Shown: positions 39,401 to 52,900 of the stretch, piece by piece | Position numbering within the stretch: position 1 is the first letter of the stretch | How the letters are laid out: each line of letters opens with the position of its first letter | NCBI GenBank assembly: GCA_003971905.1 | Contig: RSEE01000003.1 | Span: 496,001 to 560,000 of the forward strand | Direction of reading: 5' to 3' | Source of the DNA: Moniliella sp. 'wahieum' | Lineage: Eukaryota | DNA: 64,000 nucleotides | Translations under genes and position numbers: made by a program | The notes under the pieces: generated by a model | What the model was told of the DNA's origin: nothing | What the model saw: only the letters and a program-made list of their open reading frames with translations | The model's database searches: none

Positions 39401-40914
39401 AGGGTTGCATGCTATGATGGATAAGGGTTGCCAAACCGATGACGAAGAGCTTTTCATTCGAGCCAATGGAAGCGACCTGGAAGAAGCGCGCGCCTTTGCC
39501 CGTCGCTATCGCCAGTATGGGGACATACGAGACCTAGAAACGCAAGGTCTTTTTACCGTCGAGTCTTCCACCGCATCAACAGGTGGACGGATTCGTTGCC
39601 GCTCACCCTGAAGCTGGAAAAGTGCGCCCCCTCCCTTCTCAGGCTAAACTGTCTCGATCTTTGGCTTCCTGGACGATACAAGCCCGGCAAGTCTTCGACT
39701 TTGATTCGTCGGTCTCACCATCTGTGAACATAATTCTCTCGAAGCAACGTCCTCGCAAGATTGAGTTGGAGGGTAGCGACGGTGTTTCCTACTTTTACCT
39801 CCTCAAAGGGCATGAAGACATGCGCCAAGACGAGAGAGTGATGCAATTGTTTGGCTTGGTCAAAGCTTTTGGCCCAAAGTCTTGAGACGGGAAAGAGAGG
39901 TTTGCGTATGCGCCGCTTCCCTGTCATCCCTCTGTCTCCCAGTACCGGGATGCAAGGATGGGTGGGTAGCACTGACACCTTAACCACCGCCATCCACCAA
40001 TACCGGAAAGAGCCCACATTCGTATGATATGGAGCCTCGGATCATGATTCAATTTGCGCCTGATTACGGTAAACTACCTCTACTGCAGCAGGTGGAGGCC
40101 TTCAATGAGGCTATGTCCAGGACCAAAGGGGACGACCTATACAACATCATGTGGCTTAACGCACCCAACAGCTCGGTCTGGTATGAAAGGAGACTGAACT
40201 ATACTCAGTCCCTCGCTGTATCTTCCATGGCCGGATACATCCTGGGATTGGGAGATCGGCACCCGGGTAATCTGCTCCTTGATCGCTACACGGGGGAGGT
40301 GGTGCATGTTGACTTTGGTGATTGCTTTGAAACGGCAATGCAGCGACCTCACTTGCCGAAAGGGTTCCCATCCGTCTCACCCGTATGCTCGTCAAGGCCA
40401 TGGGCATTGGTGGTGTCCGAGGCACGTTCGGTATCACGGCCGAGAAAGTGATGAAGGTGATGCGAGGAAGCAAAGAAGGGGTGTTCACACTGCTTGAAGC
40501 ATTTGTCCATGACCCCCTCGTGGGCTGGAGGTTTGTCGATGGGAATGGGGCAGGGCTGGATGCGGTAGGGATGGACCGATACAACGAAGAGGATGTTTTG
40601 ACCGGTGCTGGCTTGCGCAACGTTCGGGCCATGGAAAGAATATCCCGCGTGGGGAGCAAGTTGGAGGGGACTGAGTTTGATACCGACGGGCCCCTTCCAG
40701 TCGAGCGTCAGATTCAGCTTTTGATTGCCCAAGCGACTTCTGTGACCAACCTAGCGGGCGCATACTTTGGGTACGTGAGAGCTCCGTGGTTGATGATGTC
40801 TGAGATGTAGAGCAGCGTGTGCTGAATGAGTGCGATCGTTTGAGGCGAGCTCGCTAACTGTCTTTTTGACATTCTGTGGTTGAACGGATGCACAGCTGGT
40901 GCCCTTTCTGGTAA
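33495..40914 (+). CDS. TOR: TOR-family PIKK serine/threonine kinase (HEAT-FAT-FRB-kinase-FATC), divergent; frameshifted
   Basis: [30 protein letters not shown] (FRB), [55 protein letters not shown]. Last exon after intron 40771-40895 gives GWCPFW*. Confidence 0.95.
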
Positions 40915-41984
40915 CAAGGCGAAGAGGTATAGTTATCGAGATTCTCGAAACCGCTGAATTGTGTTTATCCACCTCTACAGCATCTAAATCACAGCCTTCC
41001 CGAGTACCAAAAGTGCATCTCCCACTCCATCGCTGCGCTCCAGAGTCACCCCAAAAGCTCTCCATCCCAAGCTTTTCAACCAACTCGCGGCCCCGCAGGC
41101 TTTCTCATTCTGGCCATCAATTCATCCACCAGGCCGGCATTCCGGCTTGTGCCGAAGAACTTCGAGCAAGGCGCAAGCTGCTCCGTGCAATTCAGTCGCA
41201 AGTGCTTCCCCGTCGCTCCTAGTAGTGTGTCCTTTTTTGTCACGCTGCCGTCAAAAAAGCCTCGCAGGGGCCGCCCTTTTCTGTTGATGTCGTCCGTTCG
41301 CTCTTTGACCATATCTCCCACGTTTCCTAGGGGAACGGGACTCTATGTCACCTTGATGCCTAGCGGAATGGGATCGTGCTCACAATAACAATTTGGATTT
41401 GGATCGGTATCGCACACGTCAAGGATGCAAAAGGACAAGATGGTATTGGGTTAATGATGAAGAAACGCTCAACCCACAGTATAATAGTTGCGACGTCCGC
41501 CCCCCTCCTTGGCTATACCTTGAATTTCTAGACTTTAATTGGTCATTCCCACTCAGGATTCAATATTCAGGACTCCAGGCCCGAGTCAGGCCTCAGACCC
41601 TCAGGTGTACAATAAAGCCAATCGGGTTGATGACGTTGGTGGGAAGTAGGGCGGGCGCGTAGGGTGAACTAGGCCTATTAGGTGCCGCTTAATGCCTGGT
41701 GCACGTGATGGATGGCATCATCGATGAGCGATGATCGATGATAGACGAGGCAGAGCGGATTTTGCCCATCTATTCCGCCCGCGCCCCACCGAATCTGGGG
41801 TTGGACTAGGCTTTGTGGTGCAGCCCAGTCTGCAAAGCGTAAGCGCCTTGGTTACACGCATGCTCAGCGACCAATGATCGATGATCGATGATGTTGAACC
41901 TTGACTTCAAGCTTGAGGCTCCTCGTCTGCCACAGCTCCACGTCGTCCCAGCCATCTTGGCAGCCGTGCCCGCCATCGCCTGCG

Positions 41985-42913
41985 ATGAATGCGGCGTACA
42001 ACTCGGCCTTGCGCGATGTGACCAGCATCAAAACGACCTTGCTCGCATTGAGTCTCGCGAGACTCTCCCCCCGCCCGACCTCGACGCGCGCTTTGATGCG
42101 TTGGGCGCCACACTGGACGAATACGAGCGTCTTGCTAAGCGTGAACTCGTTCTCCAAACAGCAGAAGGCGCTTGCCCGCCTCAAGGAGTTTCGCCGAGAA
42201 GAAAGATGAACTGCGAAACCGCGTATACGCCGCAGTATCAGCGGCGGCCTCTGCAGGCCCGGCCTACACTGCTGTAAGCGCCACTGCCCTTGGTGCCGCC
42301 GCCCCACTGCGAATGCACTCCATGCTCGCAGTTTGTCAACCATCGGAGCAGGGGCAGGAACCCCCTCCCCTGCTCCTTCCCCACACCCGGTCTCGTCCGT
42401 ATCGCAGATTGGAGGCACATCGTCTCCGTATGGGTACGGGGGATATGCAGGCTACTCCCCCGGCAGCAGCTATGTCGGGTATGGGGTATGGTTCCTACGC
42501 CGCTGGGAACGACCCGCGTGCCGCCTACAAGATGAACGCGTCAGCGGCGGCCATGTTTGGAAATGGATCCGCACGTGAGGCACATGCTTTGCGGGAACAC
42601 AGCTTCATTGAGCAGACCGAAGCTCAGTTGGATGCCTTCATCTCCCAGGGACGAGAAGTGTGGGAGAATCTGACCGAGCAACGGCATATTCTTAAAGGCA
42701 CCCGCAGGCGTCTCTTGGATGCAGCCAACACTCTGGGCCTGTCACGTAAGGTGATTGGTTACGTTGAGCGGAGGAGCATCCAAGACAACATCATCTTTTT
42801 GCCGGCGCTATCTTCACCCTTGTATCGTTCTGTCAGTTCATTTTTCTATGCTGGCGAGGCCCTTATACTGACCATGGCTCCCAACAGATTACATCTACAA
42901 GTGGTTTGGCTAA
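41985..42913 (+). CDS. BOS1: ER-Golgi Qb-SNARE Bos1/membrin
   Basis: MNAAYNSALRD N-terminus; ALREHSFIEQTEAQLDAFISQGREVWENLTEQRHILKGTRRRLLDAANTLGLSRKVIGYVERRSIQDNIIF SNARE motif, then a TM tail split by an intron. Confidence 0.92.
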
Positions 42914-44081
42914 CTCTGGAAGTGCAAAGCCCTTGACTCGCTTTTGGCACTATACCTTCCCTTTGCTTTCTTTTCATATCATCCAACCGCTGGGCTCCCG
43001 GGGATCCCCATATCCCTTCGCTACCTTCTCCCACTCACACTTTCTTCAACGTCCATCCCCCATCCGGTGTGAGTGCCACCTACAGGGTCTTTCCCCCCCT
43101 CAATCTAACCCTGCACACTCGCCAATGATGTACTTGTACCAGTTGGGTGCTGCATGGATCACCATAGTGTTGAAAGCGCATGCCGCAAGGTATCACTGCG
43201 CCTCGACTCCAGCCTGCAGCAGTGAGTAAAGTGAGGTCATCGTGTAGCTCATTGTGGAACGAGATAGGCATGGGGCCTCTCTAGATTGCATACGCCCTGG
43301 GCAAAGAACTGGCGAGGACATAGCTAAGTTTGGGAGGGTATCATCATTCAACATATGCTGAGCTGGCTCCCAACTTTTAGCGTGTGCGAAATCTGTATAA
43401 CCCTGCGCGTTGAAGCAGTTGAAGCTTCTGCGAGAGACTATAGGTGTACCTGATTGTCTTATCATGCGGTTCGGAGAGCGGCTCCTGTAGCACATCGTTG
43501 TGAGGCTTCGAACATTGTCTCTCCCAGTGGGTTAGATTATTCACGTTTTCCCAGGGAGAAGCATGTGGCTAAGTACTTATCAGTCACGGGCCTAATAGTC
43601 AACAGTGTTGGCGCTAGGCTCGCTACGAAAGGGAGATAGTATTCCGGAGCTACATAGAAACTGCACCTGTGGGCTGGGGGAAGCTCCCACTCAGGCTGGA
43701 AACGCCTGTGGAAGGTCCGGAATGCGCCGGCCGGATACACTGAGTGCGTTTGCCGGATCACTCACACATTAAGGCTAATTGGATCTCTACCACTGGTCAT
43801 CAACGCAATCCATAGAAGCCCAAACAACAGGCAATCTAATGAGAGTGTATCTCCATGGCATTGTACATGAGCTATAGAGGCAAGGGAATATTCTTGTCCT
43901 CCAGTGTGGATGAGATTTGGACAGAATCAACGAAGGGAACTAACCACATTGCAGGTTTGGGCTACCTGGAACTATCCCACGGTGGTGGTGCCACATTCCC
44001 ACCAGCCCAATTCAGCCTCTCAGAGTCGGATAATATCTACCGGATATGGCTGGTCGCATTTTGTGTGTACTAGACCACCTT

Positions 44082-44950
44082 TGTCATGGGCGGGTAACCC
44101 GGACAGATGGAACCCGACCGTTTAATAGGGGTGATTTCTCTTGGAGGGACGAGGCCGGTCCTGAAGGGTTGGCCGGAAAAGACTGGCGCATCAGGCAAAT
44201 ACCGAACAGGACAGGTCCCATCTAACAGACCATCTCAACTTTCCTAGAATCGCCTCAGGATCCGTACAGGAGAGACTGACTATAACGCTGGAGATATATT
44301 ACGGCAATAGATGCCCAGGCGAAAGTATACGGAAAAACCAGGGGTGTGGTTGCTGGAAGCAGGTCGGAGGGACTGTGCTGGTGACCGATATAAGAGTAGC
44401 ATGGGAGTTGCCTGGTGGGTCAATGATGGAGGAGAAGGATCTTGTACAAGGACGAAAAACGGGAGGAAGGGACGAAATGTGGAATAAGAAGAAGACGAAG
44501 TAGACTAAGTAGACGAAGGAAATGACGAGGAAATGCCCCGCTTGGGGAAAGGAACTTATGGACCGTGGGTGATATGATACCGCGGTCATACAGGCACAGG
44601 ATCTATAAGGGATATAGACAACCCAATGCAGAAATGGGAATAAAGGAATCGAGATCAGTGGCTTCCAAAAAGGTACACAGACCAAATAGGGAAAGAATCC
44701 CTCACCTTCCAGGAACAAGAACAGTCAAACGCCCAAGGGAACGGGCACAGAAGGTTCTCTGCCCTCAGCTATAGAAACGTATAAGGCTTGAGAGAGAGAA
44801 TCTCACACGAGACGCTCACAGATCAGAAAACTGTGTGACGTCCAGATCCGGAGATTCAACTTACGGCTCACTTGCGTCCAAGACCAAAGACCAAATAATT
44901 CAAGTAGGATACGAAATCAGGAACTCAGAGCTCACGCACGGACCACATAT
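44082..44950 (-). mobile_element. Degenerate LTR-like relic related to the 20398/24672 solo LTRs (right end uncertain)
   Basis: Starts TGTCATGGGCGGG. Contains GCTGGAAGCAGGTCGGAGG and GGAGTTGCCTG in the same order as the other copies, with the same purine skew. Confidence 0.4.
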
Positions 44951-46913
44951 AAGCCGCACGAAAGTGACTTGAACGACTAGTTACTTAGATCGATGGGAAG
45001 AACATGGCCCATTTTTGCACGCAAGAGTGCATGGGTTTGTTCAACGTTCAGATCTCAGTCGAGCCACCCTACTAGTCTTAGCGTAGACCTTCCCCAGACA
45101 AGGAGACAAGGGGAGAGGATGGACTCGGGGGGCTCGGCCACACTCCCGCCGTCGCCCGTCCGTAACAGTCTTCATCGATCCTCACTACAGTTTCACCCGA
45201 TTTGGGGCCGTGGGGTGACTAGTGACGGAGAGAGCCCCAGGAACAGACGCCCATTAGTGGCGATACCATCGGCGTGGGTTAGATGGCACTCTCTTCTAAA
45301 AGACGACGGATCGAACTTGCTGTAATATTATGGCCTAGAATGCCTTGGATATGGATGACTTGTAGCATGAAGCTTGAGCATCGGGATAAAGCCGAGGTCT
45401 CAAGCTCCATGAGACCCTCAGCCTGAGGCCCGAGGCTCAGCAGGACTCAGCGCGTCAGGGGACGGATGGCCGAGATTGATATTGATGACCCTCCATGGAG
45501 TGGCAGGTGACCGGTGAAGGGTGAAGCTTGAAGCCACAGGGTACACCAGTCACTAGTCAAGCTAGTCACTAGTCATCCTGCTTCTGGCTACGTTTGATGT
45601 TGGCCACGACTGTAGCAAAAATACTTTTCATTATAGTGAGCTCACCACCAAGTGTGCGGGAGACGCAGATTGAGGACGAGTTGCTGAGCATCAGTGTTCG
45701 AAACTGAGGTGGTGCATAGTCTTGCCAAGTGTAGGGCTCAAATTGGAAACCAAAAGGGAACGCCGCTGATGGTGGTGCTATTGTGCCGTGATCCGCGTGA
45801 TCAACGTGATCACGAAGTCGCCTAAGTAACGCGTAATCGGCATTCGTTGACCTGCTGATCGATGATTGATCGATGATCGCCGATGATCCGATGGCTGCAG
45901 CCGGGTTGCCGGTGCAATGTGTGCACGCGTGCTCCGCCGGATTGAGTGAGACATCCGCCTATGCCGAACAACACGTGATGCGTACATGGCGCATGCTGCT
46001 GGTGCGTGCGTGGCTTTGTGAAACACAGCACGACACTGGCCAACTGGGAGGTGTAACATGTGAAGCTTGAAGCTTCAAGTCGGGCCGGGGTACCTGTTAC
46101 GCATGTTTAAGCTTTTAGGTTAAACATTAAGGCCGAAGGCCTCGGCCGGGAAAACAGCCACATTCACATCCACCCACTCCGGCCGCTTGCGGGATGGCTC
46201 CATCTTGCCGCTCTTCCTACATTGGACACCATGCACCACCAGACACCCCCGGCCAGCCCTCCCCGTCACGCGTCACGCGTCACGCAGTGCCGTACTACAG
46301 CAGGCTACTGCCTGCTACTGCTGCTCTGTCACATGTCACAGCATCCCCGCCGTAGCAGAACCCACGTGTGGCTGCGGTGCGAATAGTTCCCCCACATCCT
46401 CTGCAACACGGGCATTAGGCAGGCGGAGAGTTTGAAGCGGGCAAAACTGGGGCCCCGGATGATCTGTTGGTGCTCCAACATATCGCGTCCGTGTACCTAC
46501 CCACTGCCGTAGTGTAATAGGAAATGCGCAACACCGTCGGTGGTACCTATACCAGCGGGACGCTGCAATATCTGAATATGACCACACAGCATGAACGTAC
46601 GGTAGTGGCGGCACCTGGGGGTGGCTCAGGTTGAAGTCTGCTGGGGCCTGCGAACACAGGTCCGATGCCTCTTCCCAGAAATAATATACGGGAGTGGTAG
46701 GTATATATATACCAACAGAGGACCGCTGTCCACCTCCTTCTCTTACTGTCACAACCTCAGTCCGACTTTTTAACTCACAACCAACTCCCCCAAAACCCTC
46801 CAAAGCTAACTTCTCCTCTTCGAGAGGCTCTTCTGCCCTCCTTTCCCTTTTCTTCTCTTCACCCTCATCGTCAATTACTTAAGGCTACAAGGCTCTCCCC
46901 TCACCTCGTCACG

Positions 46914-48843
46914 ATGAAAATCGGCAGCACGTCTGTTGGTCCTATGACATTCCTGGTCGCACTGGTGACTGCTGGTGCAGGCCTTAACGTACGCACTACT
47001 ACTCCGCATTATAGTCTACTAGCAACCAACCAAAACATGACAACATATTGACCTATCAATGAGAACAGTTCGGGTATGAAACCGGTATTATGGCCGGCTT
47101 ATACCCCATGGAGGACTTCCAACGCCGTTTTGCGACTGGCGCGGTCACCTACATCAATGGAACATATTCGAAGGGCTGGTCGCCCTGGCTACAGGGTCTC
47201 ATCACCGGTTTCATGTCAATTGGTTGTGGTGTCGGTGCTCTTACCGGCAACGTATGGCAAGACCGGGTGGGCACCAAGTACAGTGTCCAGATCTCTGCTC
47301 TCTGGATTATTATCGGATGTCTCATCAAGGTCACGGCGTTCCATTCTTGGGTTCAGTTTGGTATTGGGCGCCTGGTGTCGGGCTATGGAATTGGCATGTC
47401 CTCAGCCCTAGCACCAGTGTACCAATCCGAGCTTATGCCTCAGCAGATCCGTGGTATGATGGGTGGTATCTTCCAGCTTGCCATCACCCTCGGAATCTTG
47501 TTGGCCTACGCCATTGCCATTGGTACTCGGCATGTGAATAACAACCAGTCGGCATCATGGCGTGTCTTGGTCGCTATCGGCTTTGTTTTTGCACTCCTTC
47601 AGGGTGCTGTGGCTGTGCTGACGCCCGAGTCGCCTACCATTAGCGCTCAAAAGGGCCGCTATGACGATGCAAAGCATGCCATGGCTGCGATGCATGGCGT
47701 AAGTGTTGAAGATCACGACCCGGTTGTCGAATCCGAGTACAAGGACCTCATCCAGGCAATCGAGGAAGGCAAGCAAGCCAACGCATCTGACGCCACCTGG
47801 CTTGACTGCTTCAAAATGCAAAACTCAACTTGCTTCCGGACATTGATGGGCATGGCCCTTCAGATGGGGCAGCAACTCTGTGGCGGAAACTGTGCGTTCA
47901 CTTTCTTTCCCCTTATATACCCCGCCGGCACCACTGTCATCAACTAACCCTTTGATCCTATAGATTTCTTCTTTTACGGTAACCAGGTGTTTGCGAACGC
48001 CGGTCTCAAAGACTCGTATGTAACCCAAATTATCCTTGGCGCTGTCAACTTCGTTTGCACTGCCCCGGGTCTCTGGATGGTGGAAGCATGGGGCCGTCGT
48101 AACATGCTGTTCTACGGTGCACTCGGATGCTCATTCTGGCTATTCGTCTTTGCCATTGCTGGTGTCGCTGGTAACGAGAGCGGTATCATGGGCAAGCCCC
48201 GTGTCTCTGAGGGCGTTGGGACCTGATGACCGTTGCTGGATGCTTATTTGTCTTCTGCCTTGCGTGCACTTGGTCTCCCCGGTGTGGATCTGGTGCGGAG
48301 AGAACTTTGGATCGCGTACTCGTGCCAAGCAAGCTGCTCTCTCTACCGCCACTAACTGGGGCTGGAACTTTGCTCTGGCATTCTTCACCCAGCCGATTAC
48401 TGGCAACATTGGATATGGTACGTCTTTTTTGGTTTCTTCTCTCCCCCTCCTCACGGTGTATACTGAGACATACAAACACCTTGCTAACACACACCTTTCT
48501 CAATCTTAGCTTATGGGTTCATCTTCGCTGCTTGGAACATTGTCAACGCCTTCCTGGTCTTTTTCTTTGTGCGGGAGACCCAGGGCCTCACTCTTGAACA
48601 AGTGGACCTGATGTACCACGACCCAAGCTGCAAACCGTGGAATAGCCGCACGTGGTGCCCGCCGGTTTTACGTCGCGCCGTGCTCTCGTTAAGGGCGAGA
48701 TTGCCAACCTCGTCACAACTGAAGACATGGAAAAGATCGGAGAGGAAAAGCTACAAGAGACCAAGACCAACGAAACCAAGATGGCAGAGTCTACTCTTGG
48801 ACACAAGACACCGGAGCCTCCGGCGACTCCGGAAAACTACTAG
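46914..48843 (+). CDS. MFS sugar porter (hexose transporter family)
   Basis: GRLVSGYGIG, PVYQSELMPQQIRG, QLAITLGILLAY, PESP, QQLCGGN, WGRRNML, TNWGWNF, ETQGLTLEQVD; three introns. Confidence 0.95.
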
Positions 48844-49948
48844 AGTGGCAACTATGCAGTGCTACTCATATACCCTGCGCTTCTCTCTTCCCCGCATTCT
48901 GTCCAAACGAACTTGTGTGAGTGATGATTTTCTCACACGTATACGACGTCGTGCCCTTTCTCTTTATCGATCATCTTGTTTTACGGGTTAACGGCACTCC
49001 TTGCTGTGTGCCTCTGTCAAAAGGCGCCTTCTGGGTCACGATCTATTACCTGCCCATCCTTTTTTTCTTTTGGTCTTATTTCTTTTTACCTTGTCAATAT
49101 CCGCCTGTCGTTTATCGTTTATCGACCATTGTATGTCATGACGAATCGGATTGTGTACATTATATGTGAAAGAGGAGAACGCAAACTATAGGACGGTAGG
49201 CATGAGATGCATGAAACTGTACTTCTGGATTTTTTGATACGCACTTTAGTAGTAGGTCCTGCTTTTACAACGGAGCTTATAAGGCCAGTGGAGAACAATG
49301 TTAATGAACCGGTTGAATGGCAACAGCAGGGGCGCGATGCGGTGATGGTTCTCTGTTAGGTGTACTACTTGACCAGTCCAATCTATGAGATGCAGTGTCC
49401 TCTCACACCATCCGTGCTTTATTAATTGTCTTTTTGTCACTGTGGCGCGAGATGCCCGGCCCACAAGCAACCTCCTCCTGCTTCAGCAGCCCATCCCCCC
49501 GTCCCCGCCCTCAACGACTCACAACTGAATGAGCGACCAAACTGGTTGTTTCAACAAATGGGCGAATTAGGAAGGAGGGCGAAAGACGGACCAACGCAGA
49601 AGGAAGCGGCACGCAAAGGCTTCGGAAGCATATGAACATGATAGATGGATCAAAGGACGCCCAAGATGGGAGGAGGAAGAAACGAGATTCAATATGGGCT
49701 TCGCTTCATCGATCATCAGTGCATGAAATGCGACGGGAGACCTGACAGGCAGGGAGCTTAGGACCCAACATCACCTAGTGGCGCAACACAAGCTTGCGGT
49801 TGGCTCTGGTTCCAACGGAGGGAACACAAGGCCACCAGATGCACCATATGGACGTCATTGTTACTCAATCGGAGGGAGGCAGAAGGCTGGAGAGGGGGGA
49901 TAGGTAGGGGATAGAAGGGAAGGAAGATACATGTCGGTGCCGACATGG

Positions 49949-52900
49949 CTAACGTCGTAGCGGGGAATTGCGCGTGCCACTCCCTGTGCGTGGGCGCGGG
50001 ATGGCCCCGCCCATGTCGGATCCAGTCGGTGACATGTACCCGCCCATCGGGTTGAACATGCCCGGCATCATCGACATGTAGGGGTTGTATCCAGCCGGTG
50101 ATGCCGCCCCCGATCCGCCCCCAGGCGGCATCATCCCCATACCACCAGGCATACCACCAGGCATGCCACCGGGCATCGTGCCGGGCATACCAGGCGCAGC
50201 TGATCCAGGGCCGCCGACGCCTGCATGAGAGGGGCCCGGACATGGCTTGAGCATACGCCATCTGGGCCGCTTGCATGGCCTGCATTTGCTGCATTTGCTG
50301 CATCTGCATCATGTACATCTGCTGTTGGCTTGGTGGCCCCATTCCGCCAGCCCCACCAGCCCCGCCAGCCCCACCGAGAGCCGAGCCAGGGGCGCTCGGA
50401 GGCATCACTCCGGGCATCATCCCAGGCCACATCATGTAAGGTTAGGCATGTACCCCATCATCGACGGCATCATTCCACCATGCCCACCGCCCCATTGACC
50501 GGGAGTCATGAGCCCCGCAGCTTGGTTCTCCTCCTCCTCCTTCCGATGACGCTTCTCCATCGCAATTCGTTCCCGCTCCCGCTCCGTCAGGGTCGCTCCG
50601 AGCCCACCTGCCGCTTTTCGTTCGCGCTCATGGGATGAGATGGCACCCAGCAGCCCTACGGACGGCGGGGGCGGTTGGTTCGGTACCGAGACCAAGCCGG
50701 TACCATCCTTTTGAGCCTCGGCTTCTTGCGCTTTGGCCGAGCGCTCGGCCTTCTCCGCCGCACCAGCCTTCAGGAGCCCATGAGGTTGGAAAAGTGCAGT
50801 CATGCTCCCTGGTGCGTCATCGCCCAAGTCCGCGAACGTGTTGGGGTGAGCCAAGCCCGTGGGACCAGTAGAGGAAGCGGCTGTGCCCACCACTAGACCC
50901 TGGGGCCCTGCTGCTGCCGCTGCCGTGTTGGGCTGAGGATTCGCTTGGGCTTCAGCATGGGGAGCCGCAAGGAGGGTGTTGAACATGCTCTTCCGAGCGT
51001 CCTGATGAGCAGTATGCTGATCCACAGCCTGCTGTTGCAACTGCCGCGTCGAGGGACCAGCGCCAACACCCATCGCTGTCCCCGGAGAGGCCGACTGCGA
51101 ACGGGCATAAGGGGAGCCCCGGCCACTGGCATTGTACACATAGGGAGGCTGCGGTATCCCATACACTCCCGGCGCCGAAGGATAGCCCTGCATTGCTGTT
51201 GACTCCGCCCTCCAGGCCATGTTAGGTGTCGCCTGCCCCGAAGTTGGGTTGGACGAGTAACCCTGCTGAGAGGATTTGGCAACTCAACGGGGGCCGGGTT
51301 TTCTTCCTCCTCATCTTCCTCCTCCTCTTCGCCCTCGTCCTCCTCAGAAGAGTCCGACCCCCAAGGGTCTGACGCACGTGGACGGGGCGCAAAAGACGTG
51401 CTACGCTTACCGGCCCTTTTCCCAGGGCTTGAAGGGCAGCTTGATGCGCTTCAGCTTGCTGCGCCGCCGCGTCCTTGCGCTCCTGCGCTCGCTTGTTTGA
51501 CCTGAATGAGGAAGGGAATGCAGCCGGCTCATCGGGGGGATCCAACGTCGACGACGCCTGCTCAGCCGGCAGTGGGGATTGGACCTCGCGTGAAAGGGAA
51601 GGGACCTCGTCCGGACGCTCGCTCCGCGAGGCAGGCGTCAACTGCTCCGGGACAGAGCCGGCTTGGTAAGATGATAAACCAGGTCCAGTAACCGTGCCGA
51701 TCGGAGGTGAGGGAGGACGGCCCAAAAAGTTGGTGGCCGCCAACACATCATCAGCGATGCCATCGCTCCTGTTTGTGGTGCTCGATTGTGCGGGATGCGA
51801 CGCAGGTGAGGAGGGATCCACAGGCTGGGGCGTGGGTCCCACAGACGTCGGCCGCTCCTGCTCCACAGGGGACTTGGAAGGGATACGAAGAGGGGCCTTA
51901 GAGTCCATGTTTGTGTCCCTCGAGCGAAGGAGCCTGATCAGGCATGGACCTCATATAGGAAAGGGCACCTTCGTCAAAGTCGTGCATATCATGCTCAACA
52001 GCGACACGAGAGCTGGCCACAGGGGGCGGAGTCTGTCCATTGGAGAAATTCTCTGGCGTAGAAACACCTTCTGTGACACCTCTTCCAGAGGGGCCAAACC
52101 CAGGGGGTTGAGAGACAGGCGGAGGCGACATAGCAGCCGGCACGGGTGAATGGACAGGGGACACCAGGTTGGGTGTGATAGCTGGCCCCAAGCGGTCCGT
52201 GTTAGCTGAATCCATAAAAGTTTGGCCCAGTGGGCCCAGTGGGCCAAATCCCCCAGGAGAAGTTGAGGGAGGCCTGGGATCGTCCTCGGGAACAAGGGAC
52301 ATCTGAGGGTTGGAGAATAATTGCTGCTGCTGCGCTGTGGGGATGTGGCCAATGCAGGGTCAGAGTACGTCTGGGCACCCGTGTCAGGAACAGAGTGCAA
52401 CGACAGGCCACGTGAGTTGGGAGCAGTGGAAGAAGCCGGGTAAGCTAGCTGCTGGTCTTCATAGGGTTTCTGTTGCAAGGAAGGGAGGCATACGCCTGGT
52501 GCTCCGCAGGGAGATACGGGTGGTCGGAAGCGACGCATGATCCTGCTCCCCCACACCATAACCCTGCATCAGGGACGGCGATGTGTATCCACCAGCCTGT
52601 TCGCCTTGAGAAGGAGACCAAGGCACAGTGGGAGAGTCTGTCACAGCTTGCTGCGCAAAGAACTGCTGAGAAGGATTCAACTGGGGTTGCGGGCTTGTCG
52701 AGGGGTGTCCCGCCTGATTGACATCAGGCGTAACTGCAAGATCGGTGCCGAAACCGCCCAGTTCCAAAGAACCGAAGTCCGACGTAAGCTGCGGAAGCTC
52801 GGATGGATTAGGATCATTCTGCACAGCATCGGGCAAAATTTGTCCGAGTGCATCATGAGATGAAGCGCCTCGCTCCTGGTACCCAGGGTAGGCTTGGCTC

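Noticed and set aside
40930..41390. Minus-strand protein-like ORF fragments between TOR and BOS1
   Set aside because: No recognisable motif and interrupted; cannot be supported as a gene or pseudogene.
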